A stretch of 64,000 bases of DNA from Calditrichales bacterium (GTDB taxonomy: Bacteria; Calditrichota; Calditrichia; Calditrichales; J004), in contig OZ254086.1 of NCBI GenBank assembly GCA_965267575.1, positions 4,480,001 through 4,544,000 on the forward strand, read 5' to 3'. The notes under the pieces were generated by a model. The model was not told the DNA's origin and did not search any database. It saw nothing but the letters and a program-made list of their open reading frames with translations. How positions within the stretch are numbered: position 1 is the first letter of the stretch; every line of letters starts with the position of its first letter. The translations under genes and the position numbers were made by a program. Positions 29,798 through 38,304 of the stretch are shown one piece after another.

Positions 29798-29832
29798 AAA
29801 AAAAGCCCGACTCCGGAAAGAAGTCGGGCTTT
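29798..29832 (-). terminator. his attenuator terminator
   Basis: aaagcccgact...agtcgggcttt stem with a U-tract on the minus strand, just upstream of the hisG RBS. Confidence 0.9.
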
Positions 29833-29879
29833 ATACTTAATGTGTTGTCAAGATTTAGCGCACGTTCTCCCGGAATCCG

Positions 29880-29936
29880 TTAGACTCTGAAATGGTGATG
29901 ATGATGTCCGTGGAAAACGAAGTTGTTTGCGCTCAT
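29880..29936 (-). CDS. hisL: His operon leader peptide MSANNFVFHGHHHHHFRV
   Basis: 18-codon ORF with six His codons upstream of the terminator hairpin and hisG. Confidence 0.92.
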   Translation of the reverse strand: MSANNFVFHGHHHHHFRV

Positions 29937-29942
29937 GGGCCT

Positions 29943-29970
29943 AATATAAGCTTATAAATATTGCTGTAAA
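29943..29970 (-). promoter_or_regulatory. Putative sigma70 promoter of the his operon
   Basis: TTTACA-16 nt-TATATT on the minus strand, ending 6 nt before the leader ATG. Confidence 0.5.
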
Positions 29971-29995
29971 AATTTTTCTGTGATTGTTTTATCGC

Positions 29996-30697
29996 TCAAC
30001 TGCGCAGCGCTGCCAGGCCGCCATCGATGGCCCACACCTGCCCTGTTACCCAGCCCGAATCGGCGGAAAGCAGAAACTTTACGGTTTGCGCCACTTCCCG
30101 GGCATCCCCCACACGCTTAAGCGGATGACGCTGTGCCGAGTTTTCGCGCTTGCTGTCACTTCCCAGAATGCGCGATGCCAGTGGGGTATCGGTGATCGAC
30201 GGGGCCAGCACGTTAAAGCGTATGTGCGATTGCGAATACTCCGCGGCAAGCGAAATGGCCAAACCTTCTACGGCGCTCTTTGCGGCGGCAACTGAAGCAT
30301 GGAATGGCATGCCCGCTTTGGTCGCTACCGTGCTGAACATTATGACTGATGCGCCCTCGGCTTTCTTCAGGGCGGGTATAGCCTGCCTTAACACCTTGAC
30401 CGCGCCCAGCACATTAATTTTGTAATCTTCCATAAAATCATCATCGGAAAGCCGTGTAAAAGGCTTCAGGTTGATTGTACCCGGGCAATAGACCAGCCCA
30501 TGAAGTACATCAGGCAAAAAACCGTCCGCAAAATCGCCGTCTTCACTGACATCAAGATAGGTGTATGTGACGTTCCCGCCGTCGTAATCGTTTTTCCGGC
30601 CGGTCAAAAAAAGCTTGTAGTTGTCTTCTGCCAGGATACTGGCAAGTTCTTTTCCAATCCCCGATGTGCCCCCAACAATCAATATATTCTTATCCAT
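29996..30697 (-). CDS. SDR-family oxidoreductase
   Basis: VGGTSGIG, H-x3-AAK variant of the active-site motif, HPLKRVG, DGG; TAATG-coupled to the upstream regulator. Confidence 0.9.
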   Translation of the reverse strand: MDKNILIVGGTSGIGKELASILAEDNYKLFLTGRKNDYDGGNVTYTYLDVSEDGDFADGFLPDVLHGLVYCPGTINLKPFTRLSDDDFMEDYKINVLGAVKVLRQAIPALKKAEGASVIMFSTVATKAGMPFHASVAAAKSAVEGLAISLAAEYSQSHIRFNVLAPSITDTPLASRILGSDSKRENSAQRHPLKRVGDAREVAQTVKFLLSADSGWVTGQVWAIDGGLAALRS

Positions 30698-31581
30698 TAT
30701 TGCTCCGTTTCGCATGATTGATACACATCATGAAATGAATGTAAACGCTCAACCACTGCTTTGTGATTATAGTTTAAATGATCAAAGCCGCTGCCGCCAA
30801 CGTAGACATCCACGCTGTAATCGTGGGCCGCGTCGCACAGGGCGTCGAATTCTGCCTGCGACTCTTTTTTGTCATCCACGTAGGTGCTGGAGATGTAAAG
30901 CCGCTTGGGACCGTAGCTTTCAAAAACTTTACGGATATTCATCTGCGGCGTCTGCTGCCCGCTGTAAAGCACCTTAAAGCCATTGCTCTCCAAAACATGA
31001 TCCACCATTTTAAGCGCCGTATCATGTAAATCGCGATGCAGGTTCATGCACATGACCAGGCCGCGGCGGCGTCCGCCCGGCTTTATCATCCCCTGCAGCC
31101 GGATCAGGCAATCGCGGATCGTTTGCGAGGCAAAATGCTCCTCGGTGACCGATATGATGCCCTTTTCCCAAAGCTCGCCCACCTCGTGCAGAACACCGGT
31201 GATCAGGTGGTCATAAATATCATGCAGGGTGTACTGCGCCAGAATAAGGCTTTTAAACACGTCAGCTACTCTGTGACGATTGCACAACAAAGCCTGGCTG
31301 CGGATGTATTCCCGAAGCGCCTCATAATTATGCTTCATCACCCAGACGCTCAGGTGCAGATCTTCCTCGCGTTCCACAGCAAAATGATTCACGCCGGCTT
31401 TCAATTTTTTATTGTGATCCAGAAAGCGGGCTAAATGCTGCATTTCAAATTTCCGGTGACCGCCCGGAGTTTTCACACAATCCAGCTTGCCCGAATCGGT
31501 CCACCTTTTAATAGTGGATATATTCACACCAAGAATTTTTGCGGCCTCTTCCGTATTGAAAAAAACAACTTCAGCAGACAT
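30697..31581 (-). CDS. CarH/LitR-like cobalamin-binding regulator with excisionase/BldC-type HTH
   Basis: AAKILGV..STIKRW..SGKL..KTPGGHRKF HTH; W-x9-EH (WEKGIISVTEEH); DLHDTAL B12 His motif; YLG-like YSG, GG motifs. Confidence 0.85.
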   Translation of the reverse strand: MSAEVVFFNTEEAAKILGVNISTIKRWTDSGKLDCVKTPGGHRKFEMQHLARFLDHNKKLKAGVNHFAVEREEDLHLSVWVMKHNYEALREYIRSQALLCNRHRVADVFKSLILAQYTLHDIYDHLITGVLHEVGELWEKGIISVTEEHFASQTIRDCLIRLQGMIKPGGRRRGLVMCMNLHRDLHDTALKMVDHVLESNGFKVLYSGQQTPQMNIRKVFESYGPKRLYISSTYVDDKKESQAEFDALCDAAHDYSVDVYVGGSGFDHLNYNHKAVVERLHSFHDVYQSCETEQ

Positions 31582-31750
31582 ATATGTTCTCCTTTACCGC
31601 GGCCAATATAATCAGCGCGTTGCTGGCCTGCAACTATTTTTGCACGTTTTGAGCGATTTTTAAAATCGCTTCATTCTTATTTTAAAAAAGCCACACGCTT
31701 CTTATAAATGCTGTCATTACCTGTAAAACAGGAATATTTGCAATTTATTC

Positions 31751-31779
31751 TTGTTTTCCGGGCAAGAACAATATATATT
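31751..31779 (+). promoter_or_regulatory. Putative sigma70 promoter of the carotenoid operon
   Basis: TTGTTT-17 nt-TATATT. Confidence 0.5.
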
Positions 31780-31823
31780 CGGTGCAACAAACAAAAACGC
31801 TCATATCGCTCAATAGGCGAAAT

Positions 31824-32513
31824 ATGTCAATAATGAATCTGGAATATATAATTTACAATCTTGTAGTCGTAAGCGGCCCGCTAAGCCTGAGCTTTGATAA
31901 ACGTGTGCGCTACGTAAACCACTGGCGCCGTGCGCTGACCGCCGCCCTTATCACGCTTGTGCCCTTTGTTACCTGGGACATGCTCGTAACCGACCGTCAT
32001 TGGTGGTTTAATCCGTTTCACACCTTTCCGGTGCGCATTTTGGGCCTTCCGATCGGCGAGTGGCTGTTCTTTATTACCGTGCCCTTTGCCTGTCTCTTTA
32101 TCTGGTCTATACTGAATAGCTATTACGCCGATGAGCGCTTCTGTTTTACCATTCCCAAATTTTTAATTTTGATCGTGGCCCTGTCAGGCGTAGCTTTTTT
32201 TGCGCTTGGCAAAGAATACACTGGAATCGTCCTTGCTGTTTTCGCCTTCACCCTTTGGCTGGATATAAAAAGTGGCTTTTTTCTGCAACGCCGGAAACTG
32301 TTTCTCATCTTACTGGCAATCGTTGCAGGACTGATTCTAATATTCAATGGTTTTCTTACTGCCCGCCCCGTTGTGTTGTATGGTATCCAGTATCAGCTGG
32401 ACTGGCGCATTTACACTATCCCCGTAGAAGATTTCCTGTATGGAATCTCGCATATTTTTTTAACCGTACTGGCTTTTGAGTGGCTAAAGAAGGGGGACAA
32501 AAATGCAGCGTAG
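31824..32513 (+). CDS. Membrane lycopene cyclase (CrtYcd type, two cyclase domains)
   Basis: Two repeats: WD...LGLPIGEWLFF and IYTIPVEDFLYG. Confidence 0.88.
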   Translation: MSIMNLEYIIYNLVVVSGPLSLSFDKRVRYVNHWRRALTAALITLVPFVTWDMLVTDRHWWFNPFHTFPVRILGLPIGEWLFFITVPFACLFIWSILNSYYADERFCFTIPKFLILIVALSGVAFFALGKEYTGIVLAVFAFTLWLDIKSGFFLQRRKLFLILLAIVAGLILIFNGFLTARPVVLYGIQYQLDWRIYTIPVEDFLYGISHIFLTVLAFEWLKKGDKNAA

Positions 32514-34005
32514 TGTTGCCGTAATCGGTGCGGGATTAGGCGGATTATCTGCGGCCATACGTTTGGCAGCCCGGGGATATAGTGTTACCGTTTTTGAAAA
32601 GAATGACATGCCCGGTGGTAAGATGGGCCAGGTTCAGCTTGGCGGGTTTCGCTTTGACAGCGGGCCTTCCGTACTTACCATGCCTTTTGTACTGAAAGAC
32701 CTGTTTGCCGAGGCCGGGCTGGATTACAAAGACCATGTAAACCTCATAAAGCCCAATCCTTCCTGCCGTTACTATTTTGCGGACAACAGCTCTTTGGACG
32801 TTCCCGCACGACCAACGCAAATCGCCGGCATATTCGAAACATTTTCCAGCGGAAGCGGCCGGGATGTTGAGCGTTTTCTCACCTACAGCGCCGACCTATA
32901 TAAAAAAACGGCCGACATGTTTCTGTTTAAAGCGATCCATGAAAGAAACAGGCTGGCCTCGCTGCCGGTACTTAAAAGTCTGCCCGCGCTGGCCCGGATC
33001 GATGCTTTTTCCAGTGTCCACAAAAAGCTGACCACCTTCTTCAACGATCAAAGGCTGCAGCAGCTTTTTGGACGCTATACAACTTATAACGGCAGCGATC
33101 CTTATCAGGCACCGGCCACTCTTAATGTTATCCCTTACGTGGAATTGGTTATGGGCGCCTGGTATATCAAGGGCGGTATGTACAGACTGGCCAAAGCGCT
33201 GGAAAAAGCAGCTTACCGTCTGGGAGTGGCTTTCCACTATAACAGCAATGTAGAGAAGATCCTGCATCACAATAACCGCATCCACGGGCTGCAGGCAGAT
33301 GGTGAAAAATTCGCCTTTGACGCAGTGGTCTGTAACGCCGATGTAGGCGATGCGGCCCGGCATCTGCTGGACGACCAACCGTCTTTCCGCAAAAAAATCG
33401 ACAAGATGGAGCCCAGTTTATCCGGATTGGTGTTTTTGTGGGGCATAAAAAAGCAGCATGCCGAGTTAACACACCACAATATATTTTTCAGCGCGGATTA
33501 CAAAAAAGAATTCCGCCGGTTGTTCAGGGATAAAACAATGCCAACTGACCCGACAATCTACATCGCCATAACGTCAAAGTCAGATCCGGATGACGCGCCG
33601 GTCGGCAACGAAAACTGGTTTACCATGGTGAATGCACCTTACATAAACAAAAAGTTCGATGGCCACAGCAGTGAAGCCATCCGGCAAACGGTATTGGAAA
33701 AGCTGAAGCGTCACGGCCTGAACGTGGAGCGTGATATTGTGCGCGAAGCGGTGCTGACACCGGCCATGTTCAAAGAAAAATTCGGCGCAAACGCCGGGAG
33801 TATTTACGGTTTTTCATCCAATAGCCGGTACAGCGCTTTTATGCGCCCGGCCAATCGCTATAAAAAAATAAAAGGCCTTTACTTTGCGGGAGGCTCGGCC
33901 CACCCCGGTGGCGGTATTCCTCTCGTACTGTTAAGCGGCAAACACGCGGCGGACCTGCTGTGCGAAAAACAGCCCTTGTCCAAAAAAGCCGCAGCACAAG
34001 TTTAA
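32503..34005 (+). CDS. CrtI-family desaturase, probably 1-hydroxycarotenoid 3,4-desaturase (CrtD-like)
   Basis: IGAGLGGL, FDSGPSVLTMP, TYNGSDPYQAPATL, GGSAHPGGGIPL. Confidence 0.75.
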   Translation: MQRSVAVIGAGLGGLSAAIRLAARGYSVTVFEKNDMPGGKMGQVQLGGFRFDSGPSVLTMPFVLKDLFAEAGLDYKDHVNLIKPNPSCRYYFADNSSLDVPARPTQIAGIFETFSSGSGRDVERFLTYSADLYKKTADMFLFKAIHERNRLASLPVLKSLPALARIDAFSSVHKKLTTFFNDQRLQQLFGRYTTYNGSDPYQAPATLNVIPYVELVMGAWYIKGGMYRLAKALEKAAYRLGVAFHYNSNVEKILHHNNRIHGLQADGEKFAFDAVVCNADVGDAARHLLDDQPSFRKKIDKMEPSLSGLVFLWGIKKQHAELTHHNIFFSADYKKEFRRLFRDKTMPTDPTIYIAITSKSDPDDAPVGNENWFTMVNAPYINKKFDGHSSEAIRQTVLEKLKRHGLNVERDIVREAVLTPAMFKEKFGANAGSIYGFSSNSRYSAFMRPANRYKKIKGLYFAGGSAHPGGGIPLVLLSGKHAADLLCEKQPLSKKAAAQV

Positions 34006-34026
34006 AAATCTATCAGGAGAAATAAG

Positions 34027-35556
34027 ATGAGCAAATATCAGGAAAAAATGCGCGCCGTTGTTATCGGCTCCGGTTTTGGGGGATTGTCCTCCGCTATTCG
34101 TCTGCAGGCAAAAGGCTTTCAGGTAACGCTTCTGGAAAAGCGTGAAAAGCTGGGCGGCCGCGCCTATCAGCTTAAGAAAAACGGCTACACGTTCGACATG
34201 GGCCCCTCCCTGGTGACCGCGCCGGAAATCATTAGCCGCGTGTTTGAAGCCGCCGGCAGAAACATGCATGACTATCTTGATATGGTACGCCTGGAGCCGG
34301 CTTACCGTATTTACTTCCATGATGGAACCTACATTGATTACGGCAGCGACAGCGAAGAGATGAAACAGCAGATGGCCAAATTCAATCAGAAAGACGCGGA
34401 CAATTACGATCGTTTCATCAGCCAGAGCAGCCGCTTTTACGAGGCGGTGATCAACGAGGGTCTGGGCTCCATGCCTTTCGCGGATATGCAGACGATGTTC
34501 CGCTTTCTGCCCAAGGCAATGAAGCTGAACGCGCTGTGGCCGGCCTATAATTATGTGTCGCGTTACTTCGAGGATTTCCGTCACCGCTTCACATTTTCGT
34601 TCCATCCGCTGTTTATCGGCGGCAATCCCTTCCGTTCGCCGTCGCTGTACCTGATGATCCCCTACCTGGAGAAGACGGGCGGCGTCTGGTTTACCACCGG
34701 CGGTATGTACAGCGTGGTGGAAGCCTTTGCCAGCGTGTTCAGTGAAATTGGCGGACAGGTGGTAACGGAAGCCGAGGTGACCGGCATCGACGTTCAAAAC
34801 GGAAAGGCGGTAGGGGTTTCCACCGCTGATGCGTATTACCCGGCAGATATCGTGGTTTCCAACGCGGATTTCCGCCACACATACCACGATCTGGTTGATA
34901 AAAAAGACCGCAAAAAGTGGAATGACAACAAACTGGAAAAACTGGATTACTCGATGAGCGCCTTTCTGCTGTACATCGGAACACGCCGGCAATACCCGCA
35001 GCTTTTGCATCACACGCTCATTTTGTCCGAGCGTTACAAGGGCCTTGTGGATGACATTTTCGACAACAAGGTGCTGCCGGATGATTTTTCGATGTACCTA
35101 CACGCGCCGACCCGCACGGATGCCGGTATGGCGCCGGAAGGCTGCGAGAGCATGTACGTGTTGATACCGGTCGCCAACATGAAGGCGGATATTGACTGGG
35201 ATGCGATCAAGCAGAAATACACCGACAAAATCATCGATTTCCTGGAGCACGACTTTGGCATGGAGAACCTGCGTGAAAACATCGATGTGCTGGAAATTTT
35301 TACACCGAAAGATTTCCTGACCACGCAAAACGCGCACCTGGGAAGCGCCTGGGGCGTGGAGCCGAAGCTGATGCAAACCGCTTACTTCCGTCCGCACAAC
35401 CGCAGCGAGGATATCCCCAATATGTACCTCGTGGGCGCTAGCACACATCCCGGCGCGGGAGTACCGGGCGTATTGCTGACGGCTGAAGCGACCGAAAGGG
35501 CAATCATGGAAGATTACAAGCTCCCCGAAGCGGCACTGACAACGCAGTCCGCCTAA
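34027..35556 (+). CDS. crtI: Phytoene desaturase
   Basis: IGSGFGGL, FDMGPS, FHPLFIGGNPF, QTAYFRPHN, VGASTHPGAGVPGV. Confidence 0.95.
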   Translation: MSKYQEKMRAVVIGSGFGGLSSAIRLQAKGFQVTLLEKREKLGGRAYQLKKNGYTFDMGPSLVTAPEIISRVFEAAGRNMHDYLDMVRLEPAYRIYFHDGTYIDYGSDSEEMKQQMAKFNQKDADNYDRFISQSSRFYEAVINEGLGSMPFADMQTMFRFLPKAMKLNALWPAYNYVSRYFEDFRHRFTFSFHPLFIGGNPFRSPSLYLMIPYLEKTGGVWFTTGGMYSVVEAFASVFSEIGGQVVTEAEVTGIDVQNGKAVGVSTADAYYPADIVVSNADFRHTYHDLVDKKDRKKWNDNKLEKLDYSMSAFLLYIGTRRQYPQLLHHTLILSERYKGLVDDIFDNKVLPDDFSMYLHAPTRTDAGMAPEGCESMYVLIPVANMKADIDWDAIKQKYTDKIIDFLEHDFGMENLRENIDVLEIFTPKDFLTTQNAHLGSAWGVEPKLMQTAYFRPHNRSEDIPNMYLVGASTHPGAGVPGVLLTAEATERAIMEDYKLPEAALTTQSA

Positions 35557-35583
35557 ACGTAGAAAACTTAAGGAGGTCTAAAA

Positions 35584-36510
35584 ATGATATCTTCCGTCCC
35601 CAAATCGATGCAGGTGGCTTTTAAGTTTGCCCGTGAGCAGACAGCGCACTATTCGAAAAGCTTTTTTCTCTCTTCCCAGATGCTGCCAAAAGAGCGGCGC
35701 TGGGCAACCTACGCCCTGTACAGTTTTTGCCGCTACGCGGACAACCTGATCGACAACCCGCGCGAGCGCAGTGCCGAAGAACTTATCACCGAAGTGAACG
35801 GCGTGGCCGATGAATTGCGCATTGCCTACAAGTGCGGCGAATCGGAACATCCCATTCTGAAGCCGTACATGGCCGTGGCAATGAAATACGACATTCCCAT
35901 CGAGTACGCGCTGGACCTGCTGGAAGGCGTGAAGATGGATGTGAACCGCAACCGCTATGAAACGTGGGACGACCTCTATGTTTTTTGCTATCGCGTGGCC
36001 GGCGTTGTAGGATTAATGATGACGCATGTGCTTGGCTATAAATCCAGGGAGGCATTCCAATATGCCGAAAAGCTGGGCATTGCCATGCAGATGACCAACA
36101 TCCTGAGAGACGTGAAGGAAGACGCGCATCGCGGGCGCATCTATCTGCCGCTGGATGAAATGGCCCGTTTTGGCGTGAGCGAATCGGACATTTTAAGCCT
36201 GAGGATGACGCCGCAAATGGAAGAGCTGATGCGTTTCCAGGTGGAGCGCGCGCAGAATTATTACCGTGAAGCCAATCCCGGCATTTCACTGTTGTCGCGC
36301 AAATCGCAGTTTGCCATTTATTCGGCAAGCAAAATCTACGGCGGCATCCTGAATAAGATCGAGCATAACAGTTTCGATCCGTTCAAGGGCCGTGTGTATG
36401 TTAAACAAAGCCACAAGTTTGGTATATTGTTACAGGAATTGTTAAAAACGCGCGTGGCTCCTATCTTCCAACCGGAGATGGCCTCGTCACCGCAACTGGC
36501 TAATCAATGA
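35584..36510 (+). CDS. crtB: Phytoene synthase
   Basis: SKSF, YSFCRYADNLID, CYRVAGVVG, QMTNILRDV.ED..RGRIYLP. Confidence 0.96.
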   Translation: MISSVPKSMQVAFKFAREQTAHYSKSFFLSSQMLPKERRWATYALYSFCRYADNLIDNPRERSAEELITEVNGVADELRIAYKCGESEHPILKPYMAVAMKYDIPIEYALDLLEGVKMDVNRNRYETWDDLYVFCYRVAGVVGLMMTHVLGYKSREAFQYAEKLGIAMQMTNILRDVKEDAHRGRIYLPLDEMARFGVSESDILSLRMTPQMEELMRFQVERAQNYYREANPGISLLSRKSQFAIYSASKIYGGILNKIEHNSFDPFKGRVYVKQSHKFGILLQELLKTRVAPIFQPEMASSPQLANQ

Positions 36511-37166
36511 TCGAAGCACAACACAAAGCATGGGCGCACCTGATATTTAAACCCTATATCCGTCACCTGACGGCAAAGCACTTTAGCGCCCTGCATCGTG
36601 TTGGCGATTGGCCCGAAATTAAAAACAACGATCAACTCATACTTTTGCCGAACCACAGTACCTGGTGGGACGGCTTTTTTGTTTATTTACTGAATGAATC
36701 ATTGTGGCAGCGCCGCCTGTACCTGATGATGTTGCAGGAACAACTGCAGCGCTTTCGGTTTTTCAGCAAGGTGGGCGCCTTTGGCATAGATCGCACAAGC
36801 ACCGCTGAAGTAAAAAAGGCTTTGCGTTACAGCGTGGATCGCGCCTCCGGCAGCGGCAATATGCTGTGTCTTTTTCCGCAGGGCGAGCTGCGGCCATACG
36901 GCATCCGGCCCATTGAATACGGCCGTGGCGTGGAATTTATATTGAAGCAATTACCGCAGGCCCGTGTTTTACTGCTGGGCATCCGCGCCGAATTTCTGCA
37001 GGAGCAGCGTGCCGCCGTTTACATGATGGCCGAGGAGGCACAAAGCGCTGACATAAAGGAGCTTTCCTGCCGTCACACGCGGCTGCTGGAAAAGCTGGAC
37101 GAAAGCATCGTAAGCGGCGCCCCGGTTGACACTTTTTTTAAAGGCAAACAATCCCTGAGCGCATGA
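36507..37166 (+). CDS. Lysophospholipid acyltransferase family protein (CruD-like carotenoid acyltransferase)
   Basis: NHSTWWDGF (H-x4-D), LFPQG; located in the crt operon. Confidence 0.8.
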   Translation: MIEAQHKAWAHLIFKPYIRHLTAKHFSALHRVGDWPEIKNNDQLILLPNHSTWWDGFFVYLLNESLWQRRLYLMMLQEQLQRFRFFSKVGAFGIDRTSTAEVKKALRYSVDRASGSGNMLCLFPQGELRPYGIRPIEYGRGVEFILKQLPQARVLLLGIRAEFLQEQRAAVYMMAEEAQSADIKELSCRHTRLLEKLDESIVSGAPVDTFFKGKQSLSA

Positions 37167-38302
37167 TGATATTAACGATTCTGATAATCCTGTCCGCCAT
37201 TTGCGGGGCTGTACTTCTGGCCATTGCCCTGTTCAACGTGGCCTTTGGACCGCACCTGCGCAAAAAGCACACGCCGGCCGAAAAGCCGCTTGTTTCCGTG
37301 CTGATCCCCGCACGAAACGAAGAGCGCAACATCGCCGCCTGCCTGAACAGCATCCTGGCCCAGGATTATCCCAATTTTGAAGTGATTGTGCTGGACGATC
37401 AGTCAACCGACACCACTGCTTTTGTGGTGCGCAACTTTATGCGCAAGCACGACAACCTGCGTCTGCTCCAGGGACGTGTATTGCCGAACGGCTGGCTGGG
37501 GAAAAACTGGGCCTGCCGCCAGCTGGCGCAATATGCCTCGGGCGATATTTTCGTTTTTGCCGATGCCGACACGCAGCACGATCCGCAGGCGCTGAGCCGC
37601 ACCGTCGGTTATATGCAGCGTTTTAAACTGCAGGCGCTGTCCAGCTTTTCACAGCAGCGCACCTACACCTTCGCTGAAAAACTGTTTGTGCCGCTGGTTG
37701 ATTTTATACTCTACTCGCTGCTGGTGCTGTGGAGCGTGCCGCTGACAAAATCGCCGCTGTTCTCCGCCGCCAACGGCCAGTGGATCGCGTTTACAAAAGA
37801 GGGCTACCGCAGGCTGGGCGGCCACGAAGCCGTCAAAGACCAGATCGTCGAAGATGTGGAGCTTTTCCGGGCGGCCAAAAAAAGCGGACTTAAGGTGATG
37901 ACCACATCGGGAAGCGGGATGATCTACTGCCGCATGTACCAAAGCTGGAACGAGATATGGAACGGCATGAGCAAGTTTATGTTTGGCCTGAGCGGCAACC
38001 GCGACCTGCCCTTTTTTATGGTGCTGGCGCTGTTTTTTGTGAGCGTGCTGCTGCCCTGGTTATTGCTGTTCTGGGTTCCGCAAACCGCGCTGCTGCTTAT
38101 TGCCGGGCAGATGCTGTTGCGCGGCGCCCTGGCTCTGGCTTTCGGCCACCCCTTCTGGATCAGCGTTCTGGGTCACCCTTTTGCCGTCGCCGGGCTTATT
38201 GCGATCGCTTTAAACAGTTACATAAAAACACGACACGGCGGACTGACCTGGAAAGACCGTCCGTTGGTCGTCAATACAATCAAAAAAGAGAAACTTACAT
38301 AA
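37163..38302 (+). CDS. GT2 glycosyltransferase (CruC-like carotenoid glucosyltransferase)
   Basis: LIPARNEE, DDQSTD, GWLGKNWAC, DAD, ANGQ, VEDV, CRMY. Confidence 0.85.
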   Translation: MMILTILIILSAICGAVLLAIALFNVAFGPHLRKKHTPAEKPLVSVLIPARNEERNIAACLNSILAQDYPNFEVIVLDDQSTDTTAFVVRNFMRKHDNLRLLQGRVLPNGWLGKNWACRQLAQYASGDIFVFADADTQHDPQALSRTVGYMQRFKLQALSSFSQQRTYTFAEKLFVPLVDFILYSLLVLWSVPLTKSPLFSAANGQWIAFTKEGYRRLGGHEAVKDQIVEDVELFRAAKKSGLKVMTTSGSGMIYCRMYQSWNEIWNGMSKFMFGLSGNRDLPFFMVLALFFVSVLLPWLLLFWVPQTALLLIAGQMLLRGALALAFGHPFWISVLGHPFAVAGLIAIALNSYIKTRHGGLTWKDRPLVVNTIKKEKLT

Positions 38303-38304
38303 CG

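Noticed and set aside
31582..31823. Cobalamin riboswitch near the B12-binding regulator
   Set aside because: No B12-box or GGGAA/GCCACTG core; the region is AT-rich promoter DNA.
37957..38304. 116-aa N-terminal extension of the TonB receptor in the ORF track
   Set aside because: It overlaps the glycosyltransferase gene; the signal peptide begins at ATG 38305.
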